The notes beneath the pieces were generated by a model that was not told where the DNA came from, did not search any database, and worked only from the letters and a program-made list of their open reading frames with translations. The translations under genes were made by a program, and so were the position numbers. Positions 20,888 to 28,715 of a DNA stretch of 64,000 bases are shown here, piece after piece. The number at the start of each line of letters is the position of its first letter. Position 1 is the stretch's first letter. The stretch is from a virus: the IMG/VR virus record IMGVR_UViG_3300025853_000048, positions 25,450-89,449 of that record. The stretch is one strand, 5' to 3'.

Positions 20888-21996
20888 TATTCTTCAACCA
20901 TGCTCACCTGGACTTCAACAGTGGGATCTTCTCCGTTAGTAACGACGGTGAAACTGGAAAACCCTGTTGGTTGGTCTCCGTCCTGTGCGTCTCCCATCGC
21001 TCCTGTATTGGCATGAGTTACGGTAACGACGGATCCTGAAGCACTGGCTGAATAATCTGCATCCCCATTAATCGCTGCGGCAATGGTGGTTGCCAGGGTG
21101 TCATCATCCATTGTATCAGTCACTGTGGTTATCTCTACGCTTCTGGTTAATGCTGCAGACCCTGATGGTTCTGCGGTCCCCGTGTCGCCAACGTCAATCC
21201 AAAACCCCACTGTTCCTGCATCATCACTGAGTTGGATGTAGGTGCCATCCAGAACGCCCTGATCAGCCCCGTTTGTCGTGACGGTAAAGTCGGTAAATCC
21301 TGTTGTTTGAGCTCCGTCTTCCCCGTCCGCTACATCTCCCTCGGTGGCGTGGGTTACGGTAACGACTGATCCGGAAACCGTAGCAGAAAATTTACTATCA
21401 GCATTAATCGCTGTGGCCATCTTGGCTGCTACAACTAAAGCCGTGTCGTCAGTGGCAATTGTTGTTACCTCAACACTTCTGGTCAGTGCCGCAGATCCTG
21501 CCGGTTCACTGGTTCCCGAGTCATCGGTATCAATCCAGAACCCTACGGTACCGGACTCGTCACTGAGTTGGATATACTTACCATCCAGAGAATCTGAAAC
21601 ATCCGCAACAGCCGTGAACGTTTCGACCTGGGCGACCGCTCCGGTCCCCGTCACATCGAATGACTCGACCTGGGCAACGACATAACTTTTAAGATGTAAC
21701 GCGTTGCCGTTTAACCGCATGATAAATGACTCGCCAGGGTTGATCCGGAGCGGGTAGTTGGTTCCGTCATCGCCGGCCCTGACGTAATTGGTTGCATCCA
21801 GGTTTTTGATCCGGGCAACTCCAATAGTTGCAAGATCTCCCTTATCAACTGATATGCCAGAAGAGGTGGCGGATGCGATGGTTTCCAGGTACAGATCGCC
21901 AGAGACATCGATTTTTTGCTGCTCGGCAGTCCGTTTGAGACTGGCGCCGCCTTTATCAAATTCGAATGATGTGAGTAGGTTTATTTCGTCGGCCAT
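20887..21996 (-). CDS. Acidic T/G/A/D-rich virion structural/decoration protein with two nested copies of a beta-rich domain
   Basis: Internal duplication LDG.YIQLSD..GTVGFWID...SAALTRSVE.TT...GSVVTVTHA...GF..FTV.TNG. Confidence 0.7.
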   Translation of the reverse strand: MADEINLLTSFEFDKGGASLKRTAEQQKIDVSGDLYLETIASATSSGISVDKGDLATIGVARIKNLDATNYVRAGDDGTNYPLRINPGESFIMRLNGNALHLKSYVVAQVESFDVTGTGAVAQVETFTAVADVSDSLDGKYIQLSDESGTVGFWIDTDDSGTSEPAGSAALTRSVEVTTIATDDTALVVAAKMATAINADSKFSATVSGSVVTVTHATEGDVADGEDGAQTTGFTDFTVTTNGADQGVLDGTYIQLSDDAGTVGFWIDVGDTGTAEPSGSAALTRSVEITTVTDTMDDDTLATTIAAAINGDADYSASASGSVVTVTHANTGAMGDAQDGDQPTGFSSFTVVTNGEDPTVEVQVSMVEE

Positions 21997-22063
21997 GTTA
22001 TTTGGGGGTTGGTGGTTTTAATAGGGGGTATTTATAACACCTTTATTTACAAAACTTAAGTAA

Positions 22064-22411
22064 TTATTTCACCTGGTAAAAGAAAACTCCCTCCCGGGAA
22101 TCAAGATTGATTTCGCCGATGAACACCATGTTTTGAAGCAGGGTGATCCACCATTCCAGGGATCGTTTGCGGTTTCGATAGAACTTGTTGAACTCAGTGG
22201 CGGTTTTCTCTCTGTGGAAATATTGCTTTAATTCTGCTACCTCTTCCGAGAAGGCCTTGATTTCCTTGCGGATCTCCTTCTTGCGTCGGGATATGCTTAG
22301 CTCTGCTGTTGAGTTCTTCATGATTGTGGTGGTTTTTGTCTTGACTGGGTGGGTTGCGGTTCTGTTAAAATGATGTTGGAGCGCGAGGTCGCCGAGGGCT
22401 CCCCGGCTCAA
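22064..22411 (-). CDS. Hypothetical protein (likely start ATG at 22321)
   Basis: ORF from track; the N-terminal TTG extension lies in an att-like region. Confidence 0.6.
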   Translation of the reverse strand: MSRGALGDLALQHHFNRTATHPVKTKTTTIMKNSTAELSISRRKKEIRKEIKAFSEEVAELKQYFHREKTATEFNKFYRNRKRSLEWWITLLQNMVFIGEINLDSREGVFFYQVK

Positions 22412-22428
22412 CTAATTACTGTTCTCCT
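22404..22428 (+). mobile_element. Left boundary of first cassette (GTTCTCCT core; attI/attG-like site or decayed attC right arm)
   Basis: GTTCTCCT at 22421-22428 is the exact reverse complement of R'' AGGAGAAC (23228-23235). No matching left arm is visible. Confidence 0.65.
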
Positions 22429-23290
22429 GAGATAACTGCTCCTTAAGTTCCATCAGTTCATCAATGATTTCATCCTGGCGCCAAGGGTCAATTTTTTCCC
22501 ATTCCATTTTCGTGTCCAAGTCCTCTCTACCACAGGAATCCACGCGCATCATGCAGTTCAGAATCTCTGCCGCCACCTGCGGCACTATCGCGTTTCCGAG
22601 TCCTCTAAGTCGGTCCAATGCTCGGGGTACCCCATCAAAATCTCGACAGAAACAGGATCCCATTTCAATTTGGCGTATTCCGTTCCCCTCAATTTGTTTT
22701 GGCTCCCACCTGCTTCCTGGACTGTTCCGTTCCATTTTTCGCTTCCCGCGCACGGCGTGGGCAAGAATCCAGACTCTATCTCTCCGATGTTGCGCCCCGA
22801 TGGCACAAGCCGGAATAATGATTGCCTGCGCGGAGTAGCCAATCCCCTCCAAGTCAGAAAGCACTTCATCGAGGCCCATCGTGATGTGACCAGCAACATT
22901 TTCACACAATGCCCAACGGGGTCGGAGGTGTCCAAGAATTCGCAATAGTTCCGGCCAGAGGTGACGGTCATCTTCCGCGCCTCTTCGCTTCCCGGCGCTA
23001 CTGAAAGGTTGGCAAGGGTATCCTCCGGTAATAAGCTCAATTGTTCCATAGTTATCAGGGTCTAAAGTTTTTACGTTGTCGTGGATTGGTACGCCGGGGA
23101 AGTTCTTCGCCAGCACCTTTTGCGCCCATGGGTCTACCTCGCAGAACCCCACGGTTTCGATTCCTCCGACCATGCGAGCTGCCAGGGCGAAACCACCGAT
23201 ACCGGAGAACAGGTCGAGATGCCGCAAAGGAGAACAAGACGCAGCAGGTAATGCTTCATCCCGTTGGTCTGTTCGCATACCTGTGCTCAT
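22412..23290 (-). CDS. C5-cytosine DNA methyltransferase, alpha (large) subunit; cassette gene
   Basis: Motif I DLFSGIGG, motif IV GYPCQPFS, motif VI ENV, motif VIII RDRVW, motif X LGNAIVP. Motif IX is absent from this frame. Confidence 0.92.
   Translation of the reverse strand: MSTGMRTDQRDEALPAASCSPLRHLDLFSGIGGFALAARMVGGIETVGFCEVDPWAQKVLAKNFPGVPIHDNVKTLDPDNYGTIELITGGYPCQPFSSAGKRRGAEDDRHLWPELLRILGHLRPRWALCENVAGHITMGLDEVLSDLEGIGYSAQAIIIPACAIGAQHRRDRVWILAHAVRGKRKMERNSPGSRWEPKQIEGNGIRQIEMGSCFCRDFDGVPRALDRLRGLGNAIVPQVAAEILNCMMRVDSCGREDLDTKMEWEKIDPWRQDEIIDELMELKEQLSQENSN
22585..23049 (-). CDS. Overlapping alternative-frame beta subunit of the C5 MTase (M.EcoHK31I-type)
   Basis: Fully nested in the MTase gene. 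Carries LPTP and motif-IX-like WDPVSVEILMGYPEHWT. Confidence 0.75.
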   Translation of the reverse strand: MEQLSLLPEDTLANLSVAPGSEEARKMTVTSGRNYCEFLDTSDPVGHCVKMLLVTSRWASMKCFLTWRGLATPRRQSLFRLVPSGRNIGEIESGFLPTPCAGSEKWNGTVQEAGGSQNKLRGTEYAKLKWDPVSVEILMGYPEHWTDLEDSETR

Positions 23291-23300
23291 ACGTTCTGCT
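23228..23300 (+). mobile_element. attC site 1
   Basis: AGGAGAAC-AAGAC-GCA(G)CAGG...CCTGTGC-TCATAC-GTTCTGCT: R'', 5-nt spacer, L'' with extra base, L', 6-nt spacer, R'. Confidence 0.9.
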
Positions 23301-23496
23301 AGTAAATCCCCATCATCATCTCATCCTCTCCTCCAGCACTTTCCACGAAGGAAATAGGGGCATTAGGATTCCACTTTTCCGCTTTCTCTTGCTCTGATCC
23401 ATCCGTCTTCCCAGACGTTGGCGATGATATTTTCGGCGTCTCCTTCTCCGAGTCCGTATTCGAGGAGGATGTTTCTGATTCTGTGGTAGTATTCAT
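23299..23496 (-). CDS. Small acidic ORF overlapping 23363-23698, ending at attC1 R'
   Basis: 65-aa ORF; TAG abuts the cassette boundary. May be spurious. Confidence 0.3.
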   Translation of the reverse strand: MNTTTESETSSSNTDSEKETPKISSPTSGKTDGSEQEKAEKWNPNAPISFVESAGGEDEMMMGIY

Positions 23497-23698
23497 TGTC
23501 TGTAAATCCGAGCCAGTCGCGACCCCAAGGGGATCCTGTGCAATCTGTTCCCGAGAAGTCTATCTTGATATTGATGTCCACAACCCCGTCAGCAGAACAA
23601 GACGCATCAGCCAATGACTGTTCTTTAGGTTTTTTATCGTCTGATTCCGTTGGTTTATCGTTTTGATCACTCATCGTTTTTTGTGGTTGCGCCGTCAT
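23363..23698 (-). CDS. Hypothetical protein; cassette gene
   Basis: Start codon lies inside attC2 and the frame reads through R'' as ...ASCSA. Confidence 0.65.
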   Translation of the reverse strand: MTAQPQKTMSDQNDKPTESDDKKPKEQSLADASCSADGVVDINIKIDFSGTDCTGSPWGRDWLGFTDNEYYHRIRNILLEYGLGEGDAENIIANVWEDGWIRARESGKVES

Positions 23699-23720
23699 GG
23701 CTGTGCTTCAGCGTTCTCTC
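23591..23720 (+). mobile_element. attC site 2
   Basis: AGCAGAAC-AAGAC-GCA(T)CAGC-CAATGAC...GTCATG-GCTGTGC-TTCAGC-GTTCTCTC. Confidence 0.9.
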
Positions 23721-23721
23721 T

Positions 23722-24546
23722 TTAAAATAACTCCGGTTGAGGTGGGGCGTGGTGCTCGGCTTTCGGCTCCGAGAAGTCGAGGACTTCCTGAAGCATCCTT
23801 TGGGCTGCTATCTCGCAGTATTTCTCCTGCATCTCGACCCCCACGCATTTAACCCCGGCATCTTTACAGGCTCTTAACGTGGTCCCTGATCCCATCCACG
23901 GATCGAGAGCAGTTTTTACATCTCCCGCCTGTTGGAGTGCCCACACCATTACGTCCAGAGGTTTCTGGGTTGGATGGTCCCGCTTTTCCGATCCTTTTCG
24001 AGCCATTCCATTCCACAGATGTTTTTTTATTCGCATCGCTCCATTGAGATTGTTCCACGCCATCTCACCATCAGCGAAGTTTCCATTCATTTCCTTATCC
24101 CAGACTAGCGGCCCTTTGCACGGCGGCAGATCGTAGTAATTCCCCCCGAATATGATTTGTTTTTCGCAGATATTCCGCGCCAGTTCCATTACCCATCTTG
24201 GGACTGGTTCTTTATCCCAGTCGGTCAGTTCGTAGGTTCGCTTCGCAACTCTCCGATGTCCGCTCCCTACTATATTCCCGCTTGCTTTGTGCATCGCTTT
24301 ATCGGCTCCGATACCATAAGGTGGATCACACAGAAGCAGATCAAACCTCCCTAGATGCGGCATTATCTTCCCACAGTCGCCGTGATAGATCGTCACATAA
24401 TCGTCCTGGTAGTAGGGACTGTACAGTGTACAGTCATCCGCTGTACACTGTACAGTCGGCTCGTCTGGAGAGAACAAGACGGTGGAGCCAATGCTATCCT
24501 CTATGTCGTTTTTCGTGGTTTTCATCGTCGTTCGTTCGGATCGCAT
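23722..24546 (-). CDS. Amino (N6-adenine/N4-cytosine) DNA methyltransferase, beta class; cassette gene
   Basis: IYHGDC, DPPY, HPTQKP, LDPWMGSGTT motifs. Confidence 0.92.
   Translation of the reverse strand: MRSERTTMKTTKNDIEDSIGSTVLFSPDEPTVQCTADDCTLYSPYYQDDYVTIYHGDCGKIMPHLGRFDLLLCDPPYGIGADKAMHKASGNIVGSGHRRVAKRTYELTDWDKEPVPRWVMELARNICEKQIIFGGNYYDLPPCKGPLVWDKEMNGNFADGEMAWNNLNGAMRIKKHLWNGMARKGSEKRDHPTQKPLDVMVWALQQAGDVKTALDPWMGSGTTLRACKDAGVKCVGVEMQEKYCEIAAQRMLQEVLDFSEPKAEHHAPPQPELF
24417..24457. repeat. Perfect 17-bp inverted repeat containing four TGTACA sites
   Basis: GACTGTACAGTGTACAG-TCATCCG-CTGTACACTGTACAGTC. Confidence 0.9.
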
Positions 24547-24568
24547 GGCTCACCTTTAGCGTTCTAAT
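24468..24568 (+). mobile_element. attC site 3
   Basis: GAGAGAAC-AAGAC-GGT(G)GAGC-CAATGC...GCATG-GCTCACC-TTTAGC-GTTCTAAT. Confidence 0.9.
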
Positions 24569-25019
24569 TCAGTGCCTCTGGGTAACAAATATACTCGCCC
24601 AGCTTCTCCATACGATACTCCCAAATACCGCCTTCCACCCGCTTCTTATGGACATCGTAGCGACTGCCTAAGACCTTGTGGACCTTATCCTTGCGGAGAT
24701 CTCGCAACCTGGCTGATATACCAGCCGCGGACTCTGGCGGATAGCCTGCTTCCTGGGCGATGTCCCCTAAGGTGCGCCACTTGCCATCGGTCATCACCTC
24801 GTAAACGGCGGTCAGTTGTTTGCCTAGTCGTTTCGTGTCCTCCGCTTCGATATTCGGACCATCAAAATTGAACTCATCTTGCTCTATCATCTCTCTCTCT
24901 TGTCTTTTTAGGTTGTAGATACGGTTTTCCCACTTTTCGGCCCGCTTGGAATCGCCCTTCTCCAGGGCGTTTTCCATGTAGATACCGGCCTTGCAAATTC
25001 TCTCGTCGATATCGGTCAT
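24564..25019 (-). CDS. Winged-helix DNA-binding protein
   Basis: VYEVMTDGKWRTLGDIAQEAG...ISARLRDLRK...WEYR. Confidence 0.7.
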   Translation of the reverse strand: MTDIDERICKAGIYMENALEKGDSKRAEKWENRIYNLKRQEREMIEQDEFNFDGPNIEAEDTKRLGKQLTAVYEVMTDGKWRTLGDIAQEAGYPPESAAGISARLRDLRKDKVHKVLGSRYDVHKKRVEGGIWEYRMEKLGEYICYPEALN

Positions 25020-25372
25020 CTTTTAAAACTGGATAGTTTTTTGTCGCAGTATATCTCTTTGTCATATTCTACATCGGGATCAAACCTCCATCCAGATCCG
25101 TGTGGTCTTTCGACGCTCCCTCTAACTACCCTTCCTGTTGCAAATTCAACGCATTGATACCACTGCATTTCATCTGCTTGCTGCCAAGTAGCGACGATTT
25201 CTTCAACGGATTCGAACGAGCCTACATAATCAGACCATCCACCACCTGCATAGTAGCATTGTGGAGATCCAAACATTAGGTACGGTTTAGTTGTATTAGC
25301 TCTGAGAATGGCTACAGCTTGGCTTTCCGTTATGCCTATCTCGTCAATTGCTTGTGCTAGTATATCCATCAC
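25016..25372 (-). CDS. Hypothetical protein with N-terminal shared motif (DILAQAIDEIGITESQAVAILRAN)
   Basis: 118-aa ORF with 4-nt overlaps on both sides. Confidence 0.7.
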   Translation of the reverse strand: MMDILAQAIDEIGITESQAVAILRANTTKPYLMFGSPQCYYAGGGWSDYVGSFESVEEIVATWQQADEMQWYQCVEFATGRVVRGSVERPHGSGWRFDPDVEYDKEIYCDKKLSSFKR

Positions 25373-25587
25373 TTCACCCCAATCGCCTTTTTGATTTCTT
25401 CAGTCGATCCATCTCCTTCCAGCATCTCGATCACTTCGGAAAAAGGTTTGAAATGCGGGTTGCTCGATTTGCTCTCTTCCGCTCGCGACTGATTTGACAG
25501 TCCTTTATTCCGAAAAATCCGGTCGTAGTTGGCGCGAAACTGATCGCCGTTCACGGGTCGTGGTTTATCTCCTTTGCCTGCACTCAT
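25369..25587 (-). CDS. Small phage protein (GKGDKPRP...NYDRIF type)
   Basis: 72-aa ORF with a motif common in small phage proteins. Confidence 0.7.
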   Translation of the reverse strand: MSAGKGDKPRPVNGDQFRANYDRIFRNKGLSNQSRAEESKSSNPHFKPFSEVIEMLEGDGSTEEIKKAIGVK

Positions 25588-25607
25588 CTTAATCTCATCT
25601 CATCTTG

Positions 25608-25665
25608 CACGGAAGCCCGAGGCAGGATTAACCAAGGTAAAAAACACTCTGCCCCGGGTTTCGTG
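25608..25665. other. Intergenic stem-loop
   Basis: CACGGAAGCCCGAGGCAG...CTGCCCCGGGTTTCGTG imperfect inverted repeat. Confidence 0.5.
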
Positions 25666-25746
25666 ATCTTGGCGGCAGTCTTTTTGGAACGCCGCCCCAA
25701 CAGGGCATTGTATGGAAAAATTGATTGTTTTCAAATGTTAATTTGC

Positions 25747-26040
25747 TCATTTTCGGCCCTCTTCAGCAACCCGGACTGCGTTGCGGACCAGGCTGGTGAA
25801 TATTGACAACTGGGTCTTGGGGGGTGCGCTCCTGTGTCCCCGTTCCCGTGCCATGTGGAAATAGCCGCAGAATTCGCATTTGTAGACAATCAGCGGGGTT
25901 CCGGATTTCTTCTCTGATTGCGCTTTAGCGGTCAGTGCGAGTTTGCGCCTTTTGTAAGCGTGCTTGCCGCATTTTCGGGGTAGTTTGGCGACCTTTTCGT
26001 GTGCTCTGCGTTGCCTAGGTTTCTGTGTTCTTTTGCTCAT
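25747..26040 (-). CDS. Zn-finger protein (CGK...Y.C..C..FH)
   Basis: CGKHAY...VYKCEFCGYFHM. Confidence 0.7.
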   Translation of the reverse strand: MSKRTQKPRQRRAHEKVAKLPRKCGKHAYKRRKLALTAKAQSEKKSGTPLIVYKCEFCGYFHMARERGHRSAPPKTQLSIFTSLVRNAVRVAEEGRK

Positions 26041-27082
26041 CTTTTTCGCTCAATACGTTGGTTTCAAAAGCCCCGCTCATATTGGTGTGGTTGTAGGTCT
26101 GGTTCGTTATATCCAAACCGCTATGCCCTAGTTTGTAACTGATCTCCTCCAGCGTCATGCCTTTCTGATAGGCGTGCGTGGCGACCGAGTGACGCAACAT
26201 GTGCGGTGTGCATTTCGGCAACTGGTGTGCCTTGCAAAGTTTGTTCAGAAAATCATTTACCCAGTGCCGGGAGTAGCCCACCCATTGCCCATGTACCTTG
26301 TGCGAGAAGATCGGTTCAGTCTCATCGTCGCGGCCTTTGTCCTGGATGTGCTTTTCGATCCTGACAGCGATCCTGTACGGGATCTCCACTCTGCGTGTCT
26401 TCTTGCCCTTGGTGTTCTCTGATCGAAAAATGAAATAATGCTGCCCTGTGGCACCGTCTCTGCGGAAGTCCTGCGCCTGGAGTGATATGAATTCCGTTAC
26501 CCTGGCACCAACTGAGTAGAGCGTGTAGAACGCCAACCATCGGATCTGATCGGCTGTTCCTGCCGTGCCTTTGTCCTTGCGTTCTTCGAGCACGTCCAGC
26601 CATCGCTCCACCTCCGGTTCACTCAGAACCTTGTCTTCGATGATTCTATCGGGCCGCTGCAGTTCGATTTCAACTCCGACGTTATACTGTAGATAACCCA
26701 GTCTTTGCGCGTATGACATCAGGGATTTAATCGGATCAATGCGAGTGCGGATCGATGCGGGTTTGAGCGTCTGTCCGTTGGGTAACGTTTCCGCTTTGAC
26801 CTGATCGACGTATTCAGTCATGTCTGCCAGGGTGACGGTTCGTAATGGTTTTTCCCAGCCGATAAAATCTCGGAACTTGCGGATATTGAGCGCGTAAGTC
26901 TCCTGCGTGTTCTCCGATGGACGGGAGCGGATAAACATTTCGATTAGGTGATCGTCGTCCCGAGCTCCGGACATATCCGGTTTCGGCTGGTGCGGGTGGT
27001 CGATCGGGGTGCCGACTGCATACTGCTTCCGCTCTGCGATGTCGCCAGGTTCGGGGTCCAGGATTTCGAATTCTTCAGGCAT
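26015..27082 (-). CDS. Tyrosine recombinase (XerC/D-like, SAM-like N-domain); not an integron integrase
   Basis: GARVTE, TKGKK, HMLRHS, LGH, TNQTY catalytic set. Start trimmed to MPEEF. Confidence 0.9.
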   Translation of the reverse strand: MPEEFEILDPEPGDIAERKQYAVGTPIDHPHQPKPDMSGARDDDHLIEMFIRSRPSENTQETYALNIRKFRDFIGWEKPLRTVTLADMTEYVDQVKAETLPNGQTLKPASIRTRIDPIKSLMSYAQRLGYLQYNVGVEIELQRPDRIIEDKVLSEPEVERWLDVLEERKDKGTAGTADQIRWLAFYTLYSVGARVTEFISLQAQDFRRDGATGQHYFIFRSENTKGKKTRRVEIPYRIAVRIEKHIQDKGRDDETEPIFSHKVHGQWVGYSRHWVNDFLNKLCKAHQLPKCTPHMLRHSVATHAYQKGMTLEEISYKLGHSGLDITNQTYNHTNMSGAFETNVLSEKDEQKNTET

Positions 27083-27083
27083 T

Positions 27084-27476
27084 TTAAACTCTCTGCAATT
27101 CACCGGATAAAACATCGTGTTCAATACACGGATCAATAATTTCCCAGCCCAGTTCTCTTAAATCGTCCTGGACATCACACATTTCCGACCACGCTTCTTT
27201 TGGGTCTAGCTCGTAAGCATAGTCATATCGGAACCAGGGGCGACCACCTGATTCCCCGATCGTCACGTTGGAGCGAACGCTGATCAGTTCGGATAGGGAT
27301 TTCGGAGGGGGTTTCAGATCGCACATATTAAGAGCCTTGGAAATATTCTCGCCAATCTCTGCCAACTCCTTGGCGCGATCCTGATTGCCTTCTCTTGCCT
27401 CTTTATGACACCTGTGGACGATTTCGCGCAACAATTGCCCTACAGTTATCTCACTTAACAAATCTTCTTTATTCAT
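27084..27476 (-). CDS. Hypothetical protein
   Basis: 130-aa coupled ORF. Confidence 0.7.
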   Translation of the reverse strand: MNKEDLLSEITVGQLLREIVHRCHKEAREGNQDRAKELAEIGENISKALNMCDLKPPPKSLSELISVRSNVTIGESGGRPWFRYDYAYELDPKEAWSEMCDVQDDLRELGWEIIDPCIEHDVLSGELQRV

Positions 27477-27753
27477 CTTTTCCTCTCAGTTGCCCGATCA
27501 CTGCCGCTTCTTGACTGCGGATGTAGGCATTGAAAACCTCGCCTCGCGAAACCTTCTTTTCCTCCACGTATTGAGCAAGGATCGGGTTGAGCTCTAACAA
27601 CCGGTTAATGATAGTATACGCAGGGCAGTAGTGGCCGGAATTGGGGATTTCCTCACCACAATCATCGCAGTCGCAGCGTTGCGATAGCGAAATCATTGTG
27701 CCGTCGTCGTCCCAAAAAACCAATTGCGCTGACTCTTCCTTTTCTTCACTCAT
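27469..27753 (-). CDS. Hypothetical Cys-containing protein
   Basis: 94-aa coupled ORF. Confidence 0.65.
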   Translation of the reverse strand: MSEEKEESAQLVFWDDDGTMISLSQRCDCDDCGEEIPNSGHYCPAYTIINRLLELNPILAQYVEEKKVSRGEVFNAYIRSQEAAVIGQLRGKDE

Positions 27754-28606
27754 CTAACTTTGTTGCTCTCACATAGGTAGGAGCTACCCATTTGATGATT
27801 TTTTCTTTCCTTCCCTTCCCTGTTCTGAAGGTATGGAAATGGCCAATTCGGTAATGAGCCTTTCGGAAATCAACCGTTCCTCCACCTTCCCTTTCTCTGG
27901 TTTTGTAGTCCTTGGATGTGATCCTTGTGACCGAAAGCCCAGGGGATTCCCTTAGGCGCTTTCTTATAGGACTCATTTTTCTTGATCTTTCATGGATCTG
28001 CTTCTTTTCCATATCAAGATTCGATGTGAGTAGGCACATGATTGTAGCTTTAATTATTCGCAGTGGCTCGCAATTGTTGGTGAAATCAAAATTCTTACTA
28101 ACCTCGGCAGTATATACCCCCCTGTAGTCTTTCTTGGTCTTAACCCATGAGACTAATCTTATATATTCTTGATCATAAACAAAGCAAACCCCATGCAGGA
28201 ACACCTTATCATCTTTTTCAACAACTCCCTGCTGGACCCAGCACGGATCTTCCGACTCCATTTTGACATTTATTGCAATGGGGATGTTTATTTGGAGATC
28301 GTAGGTTTTAAGATCTTCACGTGAAAAATATGATGTTTGTTGATAGATGTCCTTGAACAATTCGCGGTCCACATCAACAACTTTCCTCGTCGCTAAATAA
28401 GCCCCAGCCATATAACATGCCCTCGCATCATCTTTGCTTTGTTTATACGCGCCTTCGTAAGTCTCGCTTGCTGTCGCTATTTCCTCCTCAGTCATGTCTG
28501 GAAGGACTGGGCTAAAACTACGAAACCCGAATTTAATCAGTTCGCTAGCCTCATTAGATCTGCTTGCTTGACTCGCGTACTCGTTTATCACTGAATCGAC
28601 CATCAT
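27746..28606 (-). CDS. Phage protein with C-terminal H.R.GH...W..P motif
   Basis: RKAHYRIGHFHTFRTGKG...KWVAPTYV. Confidence 0.75.
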   Translation of the reverse strand: MMVDSVINEYASQASRSNEASELIKFGFRSFSPVLPDMTEEEIATASETYEGAYKQSKDDARACYMAGAYLATRKVVDVDRELFKDIYQQTSYFSREDLKTYDLQINIPIAINVKMESEDPCWVQQGVVEKDDKVFLHGVCFVYDQEYIRLVSWVKTKKDYRGVYTAEVSKNFDFTNNCEPLRIIKATIMCLLTSNLDMEKKQIHERSRKMSPIRKRLRESPGLSVTRITSKDYKTREREGGGTVDFRKAHYRIGHFHTFRTGKGRKEKIIKWVAPTYVRATKLDE

Positions 28607-28715
28607 ATCTGCGAAGCCTTTCTATATCTTCTTTCTCATCTTTGTTAATGTTCTCTAATCTTATATACACCCATAATTACCAAACTCAACATAAGTCGGG
28701 TTTTGTTAAGTTTTT

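Noticed and set aside
23228-24568. CRISPR array or simple terminators
   Set aside because: The units are non-identical palindromes separated by whole genes, with attC spacing and no U-tracts; no cas genes.
26015-27136. Integron integrase IntI
   Set aside because: Lacks the evident IntI-specific insertion and lies on the R' side of the array, not beside an attI.
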